Notes under the pieces: generated by a model
Database searches by the model: none
Seen by the model: only the letters and a program-made list of their open reading frames with translations
What the model was told of the DNA's origin: nothing
Shown: in pieces, positions 13,701 to 23,229 of the stretch
Layout of the letters: every line of letters starts with the position of its first letter
Numbering within the stretch: the first letter of the stretch is position 1
Program-made: the position numbers and the translations under genes
Assembly (NCBI RefSeq): GCF_036321535.1
Contig: NC_087454.1
Location: forward strand, 27,032,001 to 27,096,000
DNA length: 64,000 bases
Direction: 5' to 3'
Origin: Camelus dromedarius
Taxonomy: Eukaryota

Positions 13701-14132
13701 TGCAACGTGAACAACTGTACCCTGAGAAGGGAGCTGGGTGCTGTTACCTGGTGGGATAAGCAGGGAAATGCCCGTATCCTGGAGCATCAGGCAGCCGCCT
13801 CGGTGATCCACCTCTCGAGCCGAAAACACCAGCAGCTTGTGCATCAGCTGGCGGATGACGGTCTGGCCTTGGGTGGGTGTGTGCAGTTCCTGGTAGAAGG
13901 CGGCCACCTCCTGCAGCGTAGCTGGTGGGAACTGCCTGGAGGACTCATTTTCTGGCAGGGGAGTGGGATGGGACACTGGTTCCTCCAGGCTCTCCAGCTT
14001 CCAGCAGGCACCCAGCAGCCGGCGAGGACAGCGCCATCGAAGGCACTGGGCCAGAAGGACAGCACTGGCCACCGGAACCCCCACCAGCAGTAGGAACTGG
14101 GCGGGATGGAGGGAACTCTCATGGGAGCACAT
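7550..14132 (-). CDS. UNC5CL: UNC5C-like protein (ZU5 and death domain), 518 aa; complement(join(13748..14132,13008..13308,12008..12270,11181..11282,10852..10919,9912..10012,9670..9783,7550..7772))
   Basis: Eight exons with GT-AG boundaries and consistent phases sum to 1557 nt (518 aa plus TGA). The translation runs [27 protein letters not shown]...[10 protein letters not shown] (ZU5)...[12 protein letters not shown] (death domain)...ELDEKF and matches recalled mammalian UNC5CL. Confidence 0.96.
8513..8727. mobile_element. TcMar-Tigger MITE (Tigger2/MER28-like) in the last UNC5CL intron
   Basis: TIRs TAGTTGACCCTTGAACAAC / GTTGTTCAAGGATCAACTG, followed by TA. Confidence 0.8.
9670..9783 (-). 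CDS. UNC5CL: UNC5CL coding exon 7 ([38 protein letters not shown]), death domain
   Basis: Acceptor CCGCAG|; donor CCG|GTAAG; 114 nt. Confidence 0.95.
9912..10012 (-). CDS. UNC5CL: UNC5CL coding exon 6 ([10 protein letters not shown]...PPCNR)
   Basis: Acceptor GCTCAG|; donor TAG|GTGAG; 101 nt. Confidence 0.94.
10852..10919 (-). CDS. UNC5CL: UNC5CL coding exon 5 ([23 protein letters not shown])
   Basis: Acceptor TTGCAG|; donor GAT|GTGAGT; 68 nt. Confidence 0.95.
11181..11282 (-). CDS. UNC5CL: UNC5CL coding exon 4 ([10 protein letters not shown]...FRRKA)
   Basis: Acceptor CCCCAG|; donor GCAG|GTAGT; 102 nt. Confidence 0.95.
12008..12270 (-). CDS. UNC5CL: UNC5CL coding exon 3 ([10 protein letters not shown]...KYISEG)
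   Basis: Acceptor CCGCAG|; donor GAGG|GTGAG; 263 nt. Confidence 0.95.
13008..13308 (-). CDS. UNC5CL: UNC5CL coding exon 2 ([11 protein letters not shown]...LSHF), ZU5 domain
   Basis: Acceptor CCCCAG|GT; donor CAG|GTAGG; 301 nt. Confidence 0.95.
13748..14132 (-). CDS. UNC5CL: UNC5CL coding exon 1 (MCSHESS...LLIPPG), includes the N-terminal hydrophobic segment
   Basis: ATG at 14132-14130; donor CCAG|GTAAC at 13747. Confidence 0.95.
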
Positions 14133-14419
14133 CCGCCTGGTCACTTGATGCTGCCAGATCCCCTGCACCCCTGTGCCAGCAGAGGCCAAGGGCTCAGGGG
14201 AAAAAAGGAGTCAGTGCCAGATGAGCCTTTTCAAGGTCACGGAGGTGAGACTTGGCTTCCAAAGTGGCTGCAATGAGGGAGCAAATTGTCTTCATCTGCA
14301 TGAACCCCACATGCCCCGGTCAGATCAATTCCTTTAACAGAACTTCACCTATCTCTCTCTTCCTCAAGAACCTGCCATGGCTCCCCATGACCTAGTACAT
14401 CAAATTAATCTCCCATGAG

Positions 14420-14575
14420 ACAGAAAGACCTTGGATTTGCAATTAGAGATTGTGAGTTTAAATACCACCCTGGTCATTGCTGAGTGAGCTTGTCATATTG
14501 CTTAATGTGCCTCCGTTTCCTCAAATGTCAAAATAGCTACTTTGATCTGTGTGGGCTGATTTAGGAAAATCTTAA
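14420..14575 (+). mobile_element. MIR SINE fragment
   Basis: CCTCCGTTTCCTCAAATGTCAAAAT core-like motif. Confidence 0.5.
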
Positions 14576-14599
14576 AGTAGAAAAGCAAGCCACAAAGAG

Positions 14600-15190
14600 C
14601 TAGACATCTTCTGATCTCATTAATGTAAATAACAAAACTATATACAAGTATGGATACCTGTTTATGGATGTATATGTAAATGATAGAGAAATGTCTGGAG
14701 TAGTGCTGTGTAATAAACATATAACGTGAGCTACAGATGTGCTTGTAAACTTCCTAGGGCCACATTAAAAAAGCAAAAAGAAACAGGAGAAATTAATTGT
14801 AATAATATATTTTATATAACTCGCTATATTCAAAATGTTATCATTTCGACAGGTAATCAATATAAAATTGAGCTATTTTACGTTCTTTTTTCGTACTAAG
14901 TCTTTGAAATCCATGTGTATTTTACACACCCAGCACATCGCAGCTGGGACTCACTCCACTTCAAATGCTCAGTCGCTACATGTGCTGGTGATTCCTGTCT
15001 TGGACAGTGCTGGTCTGGGAGGGTACACCCCAAACTATTCCCACCGGTCATTACTGAAAAGGATGCGAAATCGGGGGCCTGGAGGTATGAATGAGGACTT
15101 TCTATTTTCTGAAACTCTTTTTTCTGTGCTCTTTGAATTTTTCACACCAAGCATGCATGTCTTTATACTAACTTTGTGATTCTTTTTAAA
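14600..15190 (+). mobile_element. Old L1 (L1ME-like) 3' fragment interrupted by MER33
   Basis: L1ME-like 3' UTR sequence on both sides of the MER33 insertion. Confidence 0.5.
14701..15012. mobile_element. MER33 (hAT-Charlie), about 310 bp
   Basis: TIRs TAGTGCTGTGTAAT / TTGGACAGTGCTG; degenerate 8-bp TSD GTCTGGAG / GTCTGGGA. Confidence 0.8.
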
Positions 15191-16349
15191 AGCTATGAAA
15201 AGTAGAGGGAAGAAATAACCTCTCCGAGTGATTGTGAGGATGGCATGAGACCATGTGAAAAGCATCTGTAGATGATAAACCGGGCCCACATATGTTTGCT
15301 CATGCCCCTCCTTCTTCCAGAAAGGTCAGAAGGTAGCTCCCAGGGATACATAAAACACAGGAGTCACAAAAGTTAAAGTGGAAGCCAAAAGAGAACGAAG
15401 ACTAAAGGCGCGGTCCTCCAGTGAGGCTCACCTGGCCCCCAGCCTCAGCCTGGGGCCTGGGCCTTCAAGCAGCTCCCCGCACAGACACCAGCCCCTCCCC
15501 AGGCCCTCAGAACCCACAGCCTCCCCCTCCCACTCCCCCTCTTCCTCCCTTAATTTCCAACAGCCCATTCTCTGTCAGCCCAGGTCCCCACAGCTTGTTG
15601 ATTTCAGCCTCTGGCCTTTGTTCCTGCTGTTCTCTGCTTCACCCCTCACCAGCTCCCCGCACCTGGACCCCTCCTGCTCGGTAGTGCCCCCCGCCCCCAC
15701 CACCCAGCCCTGGGCCATCTCCCCATCCAAAAGCTCTCCCACCGCCATCCCGCCACACTGAGTAACTCTTGGCCCTGTGCTGTCACATGTGGCTTTCCCA
15801 CTCAAATGAACCATTTGTGAGCGTCAGCTGGGTCCCAGGCTGTGTGGGAAGTTCGTTCCTGCCAATGAAGATGTCTTATTCAGCTCTCAAGGAGCTTCTG
15901 AGGGCCTGGGATTCATTCACCCCAAGGCTGAGTTCTGTGAAACACCACATCCTCCTTCAAAGTCTTCAGGGTCCCCATGGTTGATCCCCTAGGATCCACA
16001 CCGGAAAGCCTCCCGGCACCCCTTCCTCCACTCCCTTTGCTCACACCACCCCCACCCCGGAGCTGAGGCCTTGCCCCAGACCTCCTGTTCCTTCCCTGTC
16101 TGCCTTCTTCCTCCCTTCTACGGGCCCCAGGAAAGTGAAGCCCCGCTCCCAGGTCTTCCCAATCAGGGGCCGAAGCTCCTCTGTATCTTCAGGATTGGGC
16201 AATGCGGAGCAGGGTGGGGACCTGTTTGCCTCACGTCCTCATGGAAGACGGAGACAAAAAGGGAAGGTGTGGCATTGCTCCCTTGGCCTTAAACTCCAAG
16301 GCTGCAGACAGTGCCCCAGCAGGGCAGGCAGGTGACGTAAGTAAGCCGG

Positions 16350-16382
16350 CCTCAGCCTGCCCTCAGCCTGCCCTCAGCCTGC
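16350..16382. repeat. Perfect tandem repeat (CCTCAGCCTGC)x3
   Basis: Read directly from the sequence. Confidence 0.9.
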
Positions 16383-16474
16383 GGGGAATGGGCGTCAGAG
16401 CCGCAGTCTTCCCTTGACCTTCCATCCAATCCTTCCGGTTTTTTCACATTAAAGATAATCAGAATTATAACTGT

Positions 16475-16620
16475 AGTAATAATAGCTAACAGTCAGGGAG
16501 CTTCACTCCGTGCCAGTGCGTTAACGCGCTCTACATGGCCTAGCTCATTCCATCCTCGGAGCAGATTTATGAGCTGCCTGTTATTTTTATCTCCATTTCA
16601 CAGGTAAGGAAGCCAGGTTT
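16475..16620 (-). mobile_element. MIR SINE
   Basis: ATCTCCATTTCACAGGTAAGGAAGCCAGG resembles the reverse MIR core. Confidence 0.6.
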
Positions 16621-17767
16621 TCTCCCCCAGTGAGGACAGAGGGGAGATTATTAAACTTCAGAAGGGAAGGATGAGCAGAGATGACGAGGGCTTCCAGAAA
16701 CACTCCCTCTCTCCCTCTGCCCCATCTTTTTCTCTGGGGTCTTTTCTTTCCACTTCTAGAGGAAATGAAGTTGGAAGAGAAAGAAACAAAAATAAACAAA
16801 AGGAAAAATAAACAGAAGGAACTAAAGGCACAACCTTAGTGCCACAGCCAGTGATGCCCTGCACCCCCTGCCCACAGAGGCACCAGTGACAGGGGATGGG
16901 TCAGATATTGGGAAAGAAAGGAGGGGCTCCCTCTGTTTCTATAGCAACAACCTTCCTGGGGCCTCCAAAGACCAGAGTCCAAATCCCCTCCACCCCATTG
17001 GGTGGCACAGTGAAGTCCCCTTGCCCAGCCTTCCAACCTGGAGGGCCTTTCAATGGCCCATTCATTACCTGGCCTGGAGAAGGTTCACTCCTCCCCCAGC
17101 TCAGCCTCCCTTCTCCAAGGCTGAGAGCTCTCCAGGCCACCTTGGACCCCACTCCATCCTCCCTTTTGCCCCAGGACAGGGCAGGGTCCTGAATCTACAG
17201 CATAGCAACCAGCTAACTGCAGGCTGGAGCCTCCTAACCACATGCCTGACTCTGTATTACCCATGCCTCCAGTTTGTCTTGTCTTGTCTTGTCCCAGACC
17301 CCATGTCATCCTGGGTAGCACCTCCTTAAGATGAAGGTCCTTTAGAATGCCGTCACCTGTCCCTCCACACAAGGATCTGGGCTCCCACTACAAAGCTCTG
17401 CTTGTATACTTTGAGGAAACTCTCAACCCTTCTCCCGTGTCACTGGTTGTTTTTGTGTCTACTCAACCACCAGAAAACTTCCAGTTTCTGAAGGACAGAA
17501 AAAGTACCGGGATGGATAAGTCCAAACCTGTCATGGCTGCATTCATCAGCATAGTTTACATTTCCATAGTGCATTCCCCTTGTCCTCACACCCGCTGGGC
17601 AGTGGCCCTCTCCCAAGCCCTTTTCTCCTCTCCTCTCCTGCTCCAGCACAGGTTCTCCACTCTCTGCCTGGCCCTGCTGAGCTGGCCTGGCTCCTCCCCT
17701 GAGTCCCAGGTGGCCCCATGGTAATGCCCACCCCACCCCTAGCTGCCTCAGGGGGTGTTCACCTTAC

Positions 17768-17820
17768 CGTGTAGGGGCTCCCAGAGGCTGCCAGCTTGTC
17801 CAGGAACAGTAGTTCCGTCG
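17768..17820 (-). other. UNC5CL: Candidate non-coding 5' exon of UNC5CL (53 nt)
   Basis: Acceptor CTTTCTGTTTCTCAG| and donor ACG|GTAAGG on the minus strand, upstream of the first coding exon. Confidence 0.45.
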
Positions 17821-18028
17821 CTGAGAAACAGAAAGGTCAGCCAGACCCCGTCACCAGGCCAGCAGACAAGTGGAGGTGGGCGGGGAATCCAGGCAGGAGT
17901 GGTGCTTCCCGCTTCCTGGCAGAGTCCTCCTCCTAGCCGCCCTGAACAGGGGTGGGGGAGTCTGTCTCCGTCCTTTGGCAAAGTCCAGCCGAGGTGAGGG
18001 AGCAGCCGAGGATCCCAGAAATCGGTGG

Positions 18029-18037
18029 ACTTACCAG
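18029..18037 (-). other. UNC5CL: Candidate first-exon splice donor of UNC5CL (CTG|GTAAGT; exon would end at 18035)
   Basis: Consensus donor about 3.9 kb upstream of the first coding exon. Confidence 0.4.
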
Positions 18038-18175
18038 TCTAGGTCTGGAAGGGAGGGGACAGAGGGAGACAACGTGTTACAGGTGAAACCCCTCTACAGT
18101 GCCCTCTACTGGTCAGTGATCATCCCCAGCCACAGGCTGTTGAAATGGCACAAGATCAGAGGAGGAACCCTAACC

Positions 18176-18330
18176 AGAGCTTCTCAAACTATAATGTGCA
18201 CACAAACATTGTAAGAATGTGTGTTCTGATCCCATAGATCTGGGGTGGGACCTGAAGTTCTGCATCTTTAAGAAGCCCCCAGGGGATACCATGGCGGTCT
18301 GCCCAGGGAGCAAAGACCATACCCAGTTCC
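18176..18330. mobile_element. MER5A-like hAT MITE
   Basis: CAGAGCTTCTCAAACT...GATCTGGGGTGGGACCTGAAGTTCTGCAT. Confidence 0.65.
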
Positions 18331-18669
18331 ACCACTTCCCACACAGATATGCTAGTGGAGGCACTGAGAGGGCTGTCAACCCACAAGTTGCTGACAGCAT
18401 TGGGGTGTACCCATATCTGCTCCCTCCCAGCACACTTTCCACTGCCCACAGGGACACTGCCACTTAGGGGAGAGCTGAAATTGTGGCCGTTTACCAGTCT
18501 AAGTCCTGCCTTAGAAACTGCCCAGGAAAGACAATGCCACTGGAATGAAGCTCCCTGTGCAGAGGGATGATTTTTCCAGCTGTTTACTGCTGAATCCTCA
18601 GCTCCTGGTACAGCCCATAGTAGCTGTTCACTAAAGACTTGAATGAATGAGTGAATCGGCAAGAGAAAA

Positions 18670-18870
18670 GAGGAGGCATTTTGGATCCAGACTGCCAGCA
18701 CTGAACCCAGTGACCCACCCACTGGCTGTGTCAGTTGCTCAACCCTCTGAGTCTCACTTTCCTTGTCCGTCAAATGCACATGATTATATTTACCTTGCAA
18801 GGGACAATGATGGTCATTATCAAGCTAATAAATATCAAGTGCGTGCAAAATGGGTGCTCGCTAAGTGGTA
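18670..18870 (+). mobile_element. MIR SINE
   Basis: CCCTCTGAGTCTCACTTTCCTTGTCCGTCAAATG. Confidence 0.6.
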
Positions 18871-21009
18871 ACTTGTCACCATGTTCTGACCTCCTGCAGC
18901 AGAGGAGCCATGGTGAACTCCCCCAGCCGGGCAGTGATCATCTGTCCTAGAAAATAAGTAACTGCTCCTGCTTTCATCTTAGTTAATGATTCCCTGGCCT
19001 CCTGCCCTGGACTAAAACCCCCTCCCCTCTGCTACCTTTCCTGGGAGGATGGGATAAATGCCTCCTAGGGGTGCCCAGGTCCCCAAAGTGGAGAGATGGG
19101 GCAAAGGAATAGTGGAGAGCCGCCAACCTGGGGAGGAGACCTCCTGTCTAAAGGACAAGCGAGGAAGAGGCACTCAGAACTTTGATAGGGACGAAGAGGG
19201 GAGGTGTTAGTCTTTGCTGGACAGAGCTCTTTCTGAGTCATACAGAAGGCGTTCTCCTCTGAGTCATGAGCTCCCAGGGGTTTGTGAAACATCTGTCAAG
19301 CTCGATTCCAAGCCTGGAAGGGCCATGCCAACTACAGATTATAACCAGGGGCTGTGTCCATGTCTCATGAGCTCATTTCTGAAGCTGGTGCTTGCCTCAC
19401 CTGGGGACAGCCCCTGCTACAGGAAGATTCTGGGGAAATCTGAGGGTCCTCACCACCCCCATGGACACAAAGCTGTTCATGGGATGCAGAGACCACAGAC
19501 ATCAGTAGCCTGGCAGCCTGGGGCTGAACTGTCTCAGGAGGTCCGGGTCTTGCAGTGCCAAAGCCTCAACTGTTCCATTAAGGGGGGGGGGGGCCTCCAG
19601 AGGCTAGGTCCAACAGATCAGGAGACCCCTGTTGAAAGGAACCCTTCAGGGCCATGCAATCTGAACTCCCCAGCCAATGTCACCACCCTTGTCACTGGAG
19701 AAAGGCAGCCCAGCTGGGAGCCCCACTCCACCCCTCCCCCCGCCTCCCACCCTCTGCCTTCCACATCATATGTCAGCGGGCACTCAGTCTGGGAGATGTG
19801 CTGCCTGAGGTAAGGGGAACACAGGCCTGGGAATAAATAAGGGGACACCAGGAGTGAAGAAGAACAAGAAGAAAGGATTGGAGCAAGGAGGGGGGCCCTC
19901 CGACACTGGATAGAAAAAAAGAAAACAGACAGAGAGACAGGAAGGCAGAAAGTGAAGACATGGATGGTGAAGAGCAGAGAAAGATAAATAGAAAGGTGTC
20001 CAGGCCGGCAGGCTGGTCAGCCCTGTCCCTAGAACCTCCAAGACATGTTCCTGCATCCTTGACAAGAAAGGATGGAGTGGGCAGTCACTCCAGAACACTG
20101 AGAATAATCAATCACATCAATCATGGGCAGGAGGCTGAAATACCACAGGCAAAGGAGAAGCATGATATTGGGTGGGGGCCTTGGTTGGAGGAGGGTCTGT
20201 GCATCACCCCACATGCGAATGACTTAACAAACCAAAATGCAAATGAACATGGCAGCATTTTCATCAGAGACCAGGCAGTTATTTCCTTGAGAAGTCAGGC
20301 CACAAGAAATCTGGGTGCTCATGTAGGTGGCCCTGACCCTCTGTAAGTGGAAAGATGGAAGGGGAACCTCCCCCAGCCCTGGAGAGATAGATGAGAGCTT
20401 CAGAGAAAGGCACCTACAGTGTCACTCTGCTGAGTTTGAATTTGGGCAGGTGCTCAGGTGGGGTGGGCTCCTGTAGTCTGCCAGTCTGGTACAGCAACAT
20501 AAGCCAGGGCAGATGGGCTGGCCCATTCTGGACCAAAAAAGACTCCCAGGGATCTCTGGCTCCTGCCTTCCAAACGTGGTTCTTCCAGGTTGGTTATGGC
20601 AACTTGGTTGAATTCAGTCTAAGACACTGTCCCATCGAGGGCCTGCTATGTACCTGGCCAAGTGCCACCTGCTGTGGGAGGCAGAAAAGACAGGCATAGC
20701 TGGACCTGAGATCCAGGAGTCAGACACACGCTGGGGAAGAGGAGTCTTCACTAAGAAGCAGGTATCAATACTGGACAGTATACTCGGTGCCAAATGAGTG
20801 GTGTGGAGAAAAGAAGTGCATGGAAAACAGAAAAGGCGGTGTGGGCTCAGAGGAGCAGGATGGGAGCTGGCCCAACACAGCCTCTAGGACTAGACCTCCT
20901 ACAAAGGCTCAGGTAGAAGGAGACAGATGGGCAGACACAGGGAAAGGACCAGGGGAAGGCTACCATTAGTGTGTTCTCTGCCTCCCCAGATTGTGCCTCC
21001 TTGAGGAGA

Positions 21010-21182
21010 ATGTGGCCTCAAGGGGTCATCTTCATGGCCCTGGCACTCCTAGGGCCCACCCTGGTCAGGCTGTTCACCCATCATTGGACGTCTGGTTGGT
21101 GTAACAGCCTGAAGTAGCTGCCCTGGTGCCCATCCCACAAGGTTTTGTTGCTTGTGTGGACAACCATCTACCCTGTCATAGG
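21010..21182 (+). pseudogene. TSPO2: TSPO2 coding exon 1 with a premature TAG at codon 36
   Basis: Acceptor CCTCCCCAG| at 20989; ATG at 21010; ...AAG TAG CTG CCC TGG TGC...; donor GG|GTGAGG at 21183. Confidence 0.88.
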
Positions 21183-21553
21183 GTGAGGACCCATTTCTCA
21201 TGCTATGGGGTGGGAACAAGTCTCCCATCCCTGAACTGCTGCTGCATTCTGACCTCCAAAGGGCTGGTACCTCATCTTGCCTCCTCTGATGTGTCCCCTC
21301 TGTACCTGCCTTGGATTCCAGCCCGTCTTCTTCCACCCTCTCCCAGTCTCTCCATCCCCTCCCCACATCACCAAGCCCACTTCTTCCCACCACTTTCCCC
21401 GCCCCAGCCCTCAAATGAAGCCTAGACCCACTTACCCCTTTTCAGCCCAGGAGGATTACCTCTTGGTAACCAAAATGCCTTACGCCAGAGGGCTTCCTCC
21501 ATTTACCATGGAAACACTCTCTTCTGAGCGTTTCTGCCACCATCTCTCCACAG

Positions 21554-21692
21554 CTATGCCTCCTACCTGGTGTGGAAGGACCTGGGAGGGGGCTTCGAGC
21601 GGGCCCTGGCCTTGCCTCTAGGCCTCTCTGCTGCGCAGCTCGCCATCAGCTGGGTTGTCCTGATTCTCTTCCTAGCCCACTCCCTGGGTCTG
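21554..21692 (+). pseudogene. TSPO2: TSPO2 coding exon 2 with a non-canonical donor (GA instead of GT)
   Basis: Acceptor CTCCACAG|; translation YASYLVWKDLGGGFERALALPLGLSAAQLAISWVVLILFLAHSLGL, followed by GAAAGT. Confidence 0.87.
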
Positions 21693-21929
21693 GAAAGTCA
21701 CAAGGGCTCAGCACTGGAATAGCGTGGGAAATGGGGGGCTGCCAGGACCCAGAAGCAGATGGAATGGCAGGTCAATCGGGTGCAGGCAGTAACGGCTGGG
21801 CAGACTTCTCTGAGCCCCTGTGGTGTGCACAGAGTGCCAGGAACTGGACTCGCTGGGTCCAGGATGCTGCAGAAAGGTCAAGGGCCACTTCCCAGGGCAG
21901 CCTGCCTGACTGCCCTGCCCTCTGCCCAG

Positions 21930-22130
21930 GCCCTGCCACACCTGCTGCTGCTCTTCGGGCTGGTGGTGAGCATGGCACTGATCTGGCACCCCACCAACAA
22001 ACTGGCTGCCCTGCTCCCGCTGCCCTACCTGGCCTGGCTCACTGTGATCACATCCATCACCTATCACCTGTGAAGGGACAGCCTTTGTCCAGACCACCAG
22101 CCTCGGCCCATGGGGGAGAAGAGTAACTGA
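21930..22130 (+). pseudogene. TSPO2: TSPO2 coding exon 3 with a premature TGA in the CRAC motif
   Basis: Acceptor CTGCCCAG|; translation ALPHLLLLFGLVVSMALIWHPTNKLAALLPLPYLAWLTVITSITYHL*RDSLCPDHQPRPMGEKSN*. Confidence 0.88.
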
Positions 22131-22294
22131 GGCACGGGGGCTGGGGAGCAGGGGAAGCGGCCAGGGATTGACAAGTCCCCGCAGGTGACTCGTCCCATTG
22201 TGGCCACTGTCCTGGGCCCTCCACTGCCACTATCCATTAGAATTCAGAGACATGGGGAAAAGGGAGGAGACTTATTTTATACTTAATATAAATT

Positions 22295-22300
22295 AATAAA
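22295..22300 (+). terminator. TSPO2: TSPO2 polyadenylation signal AATAAA (second copy at 22338-22343)
   Basis: AATAAA 165 nt after the ancestral stop, in an AT-rich tract. Confidence 0.6.
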
Positions 22301-22559
22301 TTCTGTATTAATAAGCATTAATTTAATTGTATAAATGAATAAAATCCTGTTAATGAACTTTGAGGGTATGATGTCCAGGGTGGCAGGGCCGGAATGAGTG
22401 TGTCTGCATGTGTGTGAGTGTGCACACGTGAATGAAGGTGTGAATGCACGTATTCGGAGGGCGGGCGCACCATCTCCACTCACATGCCCTCCCAAACCTG
22501 ACCCCGAAGTTTAGGACTTAGATTACTGATTACCTGAAAAACAAAATGTATTTGAAAAG

Positions 22560-22920
22560 TTACATAAAAGGAAAACAGAAAAGCAAAGTCAAAAAGGATA
22601 CCAATTACAGGTGTCAAGTTATATATTTTATACTATGTATTATATGTAAATACAAATATATATTATGTATTATATATCAAAATATGTTATATTAATTCTG
22701 TTTAATTCATCTATTTTATTAATTCAGTACATTAATTATACTAATAACTATACAATAATACATGATATGGTTATATATGTTATACCAGTACCTTATGTCA
22801 TTATCTGATACATATGAATGTATAAGTAAGATTATAGATCATTTTTTATTTTTGTTTTCATATACTCATACTATTGGGTTTTTGCTTCAATTCATTATTA
22901 TTATTATACGAAAAAATGTT
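22560..22920. repeat. Very AT-rich low-complexity tract, probably a decayed L1 3' fragment
   Basis: TATA-rich run such as TATATATTTTATACTATGTATTATATGTAAATACAAATATATATTATG. Confidence 0.5.
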
Positions 22921-23229
22921 GAAAAAAAAAAGAGATGTAGTGATTTCAGTAGGAGTGTCTTGTCCACCCTTCTCTCTTTCTAAACCTTCTCATTGGCTTT
23001 TTTCTTTTCGTCTCTTCCTGCCTCTTGTTTCCTACTCCTCTTGTTTCAAAGCCCGGATGGTGGCAAGGAGTGACTGCCACAGGGCTCCCTCCCCAAATCC
23101 TAAAACAAGGCCAGCTGGAAGGCCAGGCGCCTTGCGGCAAGAGCTTTTAAAAATACCGACCAGACTCTCTAGGGATGGGCCTGGGCCTTGGTGTTTTTAA
23201 AACTCCCAGGACCTCCTCATGTGCAGCCC

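Larger units (their letters stand above)
21010..22130 (+). pseudogene. TSPO2: Translocator protein 2 (TSPO2), apparently inactivated; ancestral CDS join(21010..21182,21554..21692,21930..22130)
   Basis: Three exons translate to a TspO/MBR-family sequence (MWPQGVIFMAL...; YASYLVWKDLGGG...; ALIWHPTNKLAALL.LPYLAWLTV...). There is an in-frame TAG at 21115-21117, the second-exon donor reads GAAAGT at 21693, and there is an in-frame TGA at 22071-22073. The ancestral stop is at 22128-22130. Position between UNC5CL and APOBEC2 is syntenic. Confidence 0.88.

Noticed and set aside
14133-14189. N-terminal extension of UNC5CL from the TTG at 14189 in the ORF track
   Set aside because: It crosses the probable splice acceptor near 14170; homology begins at the ATG at 14132
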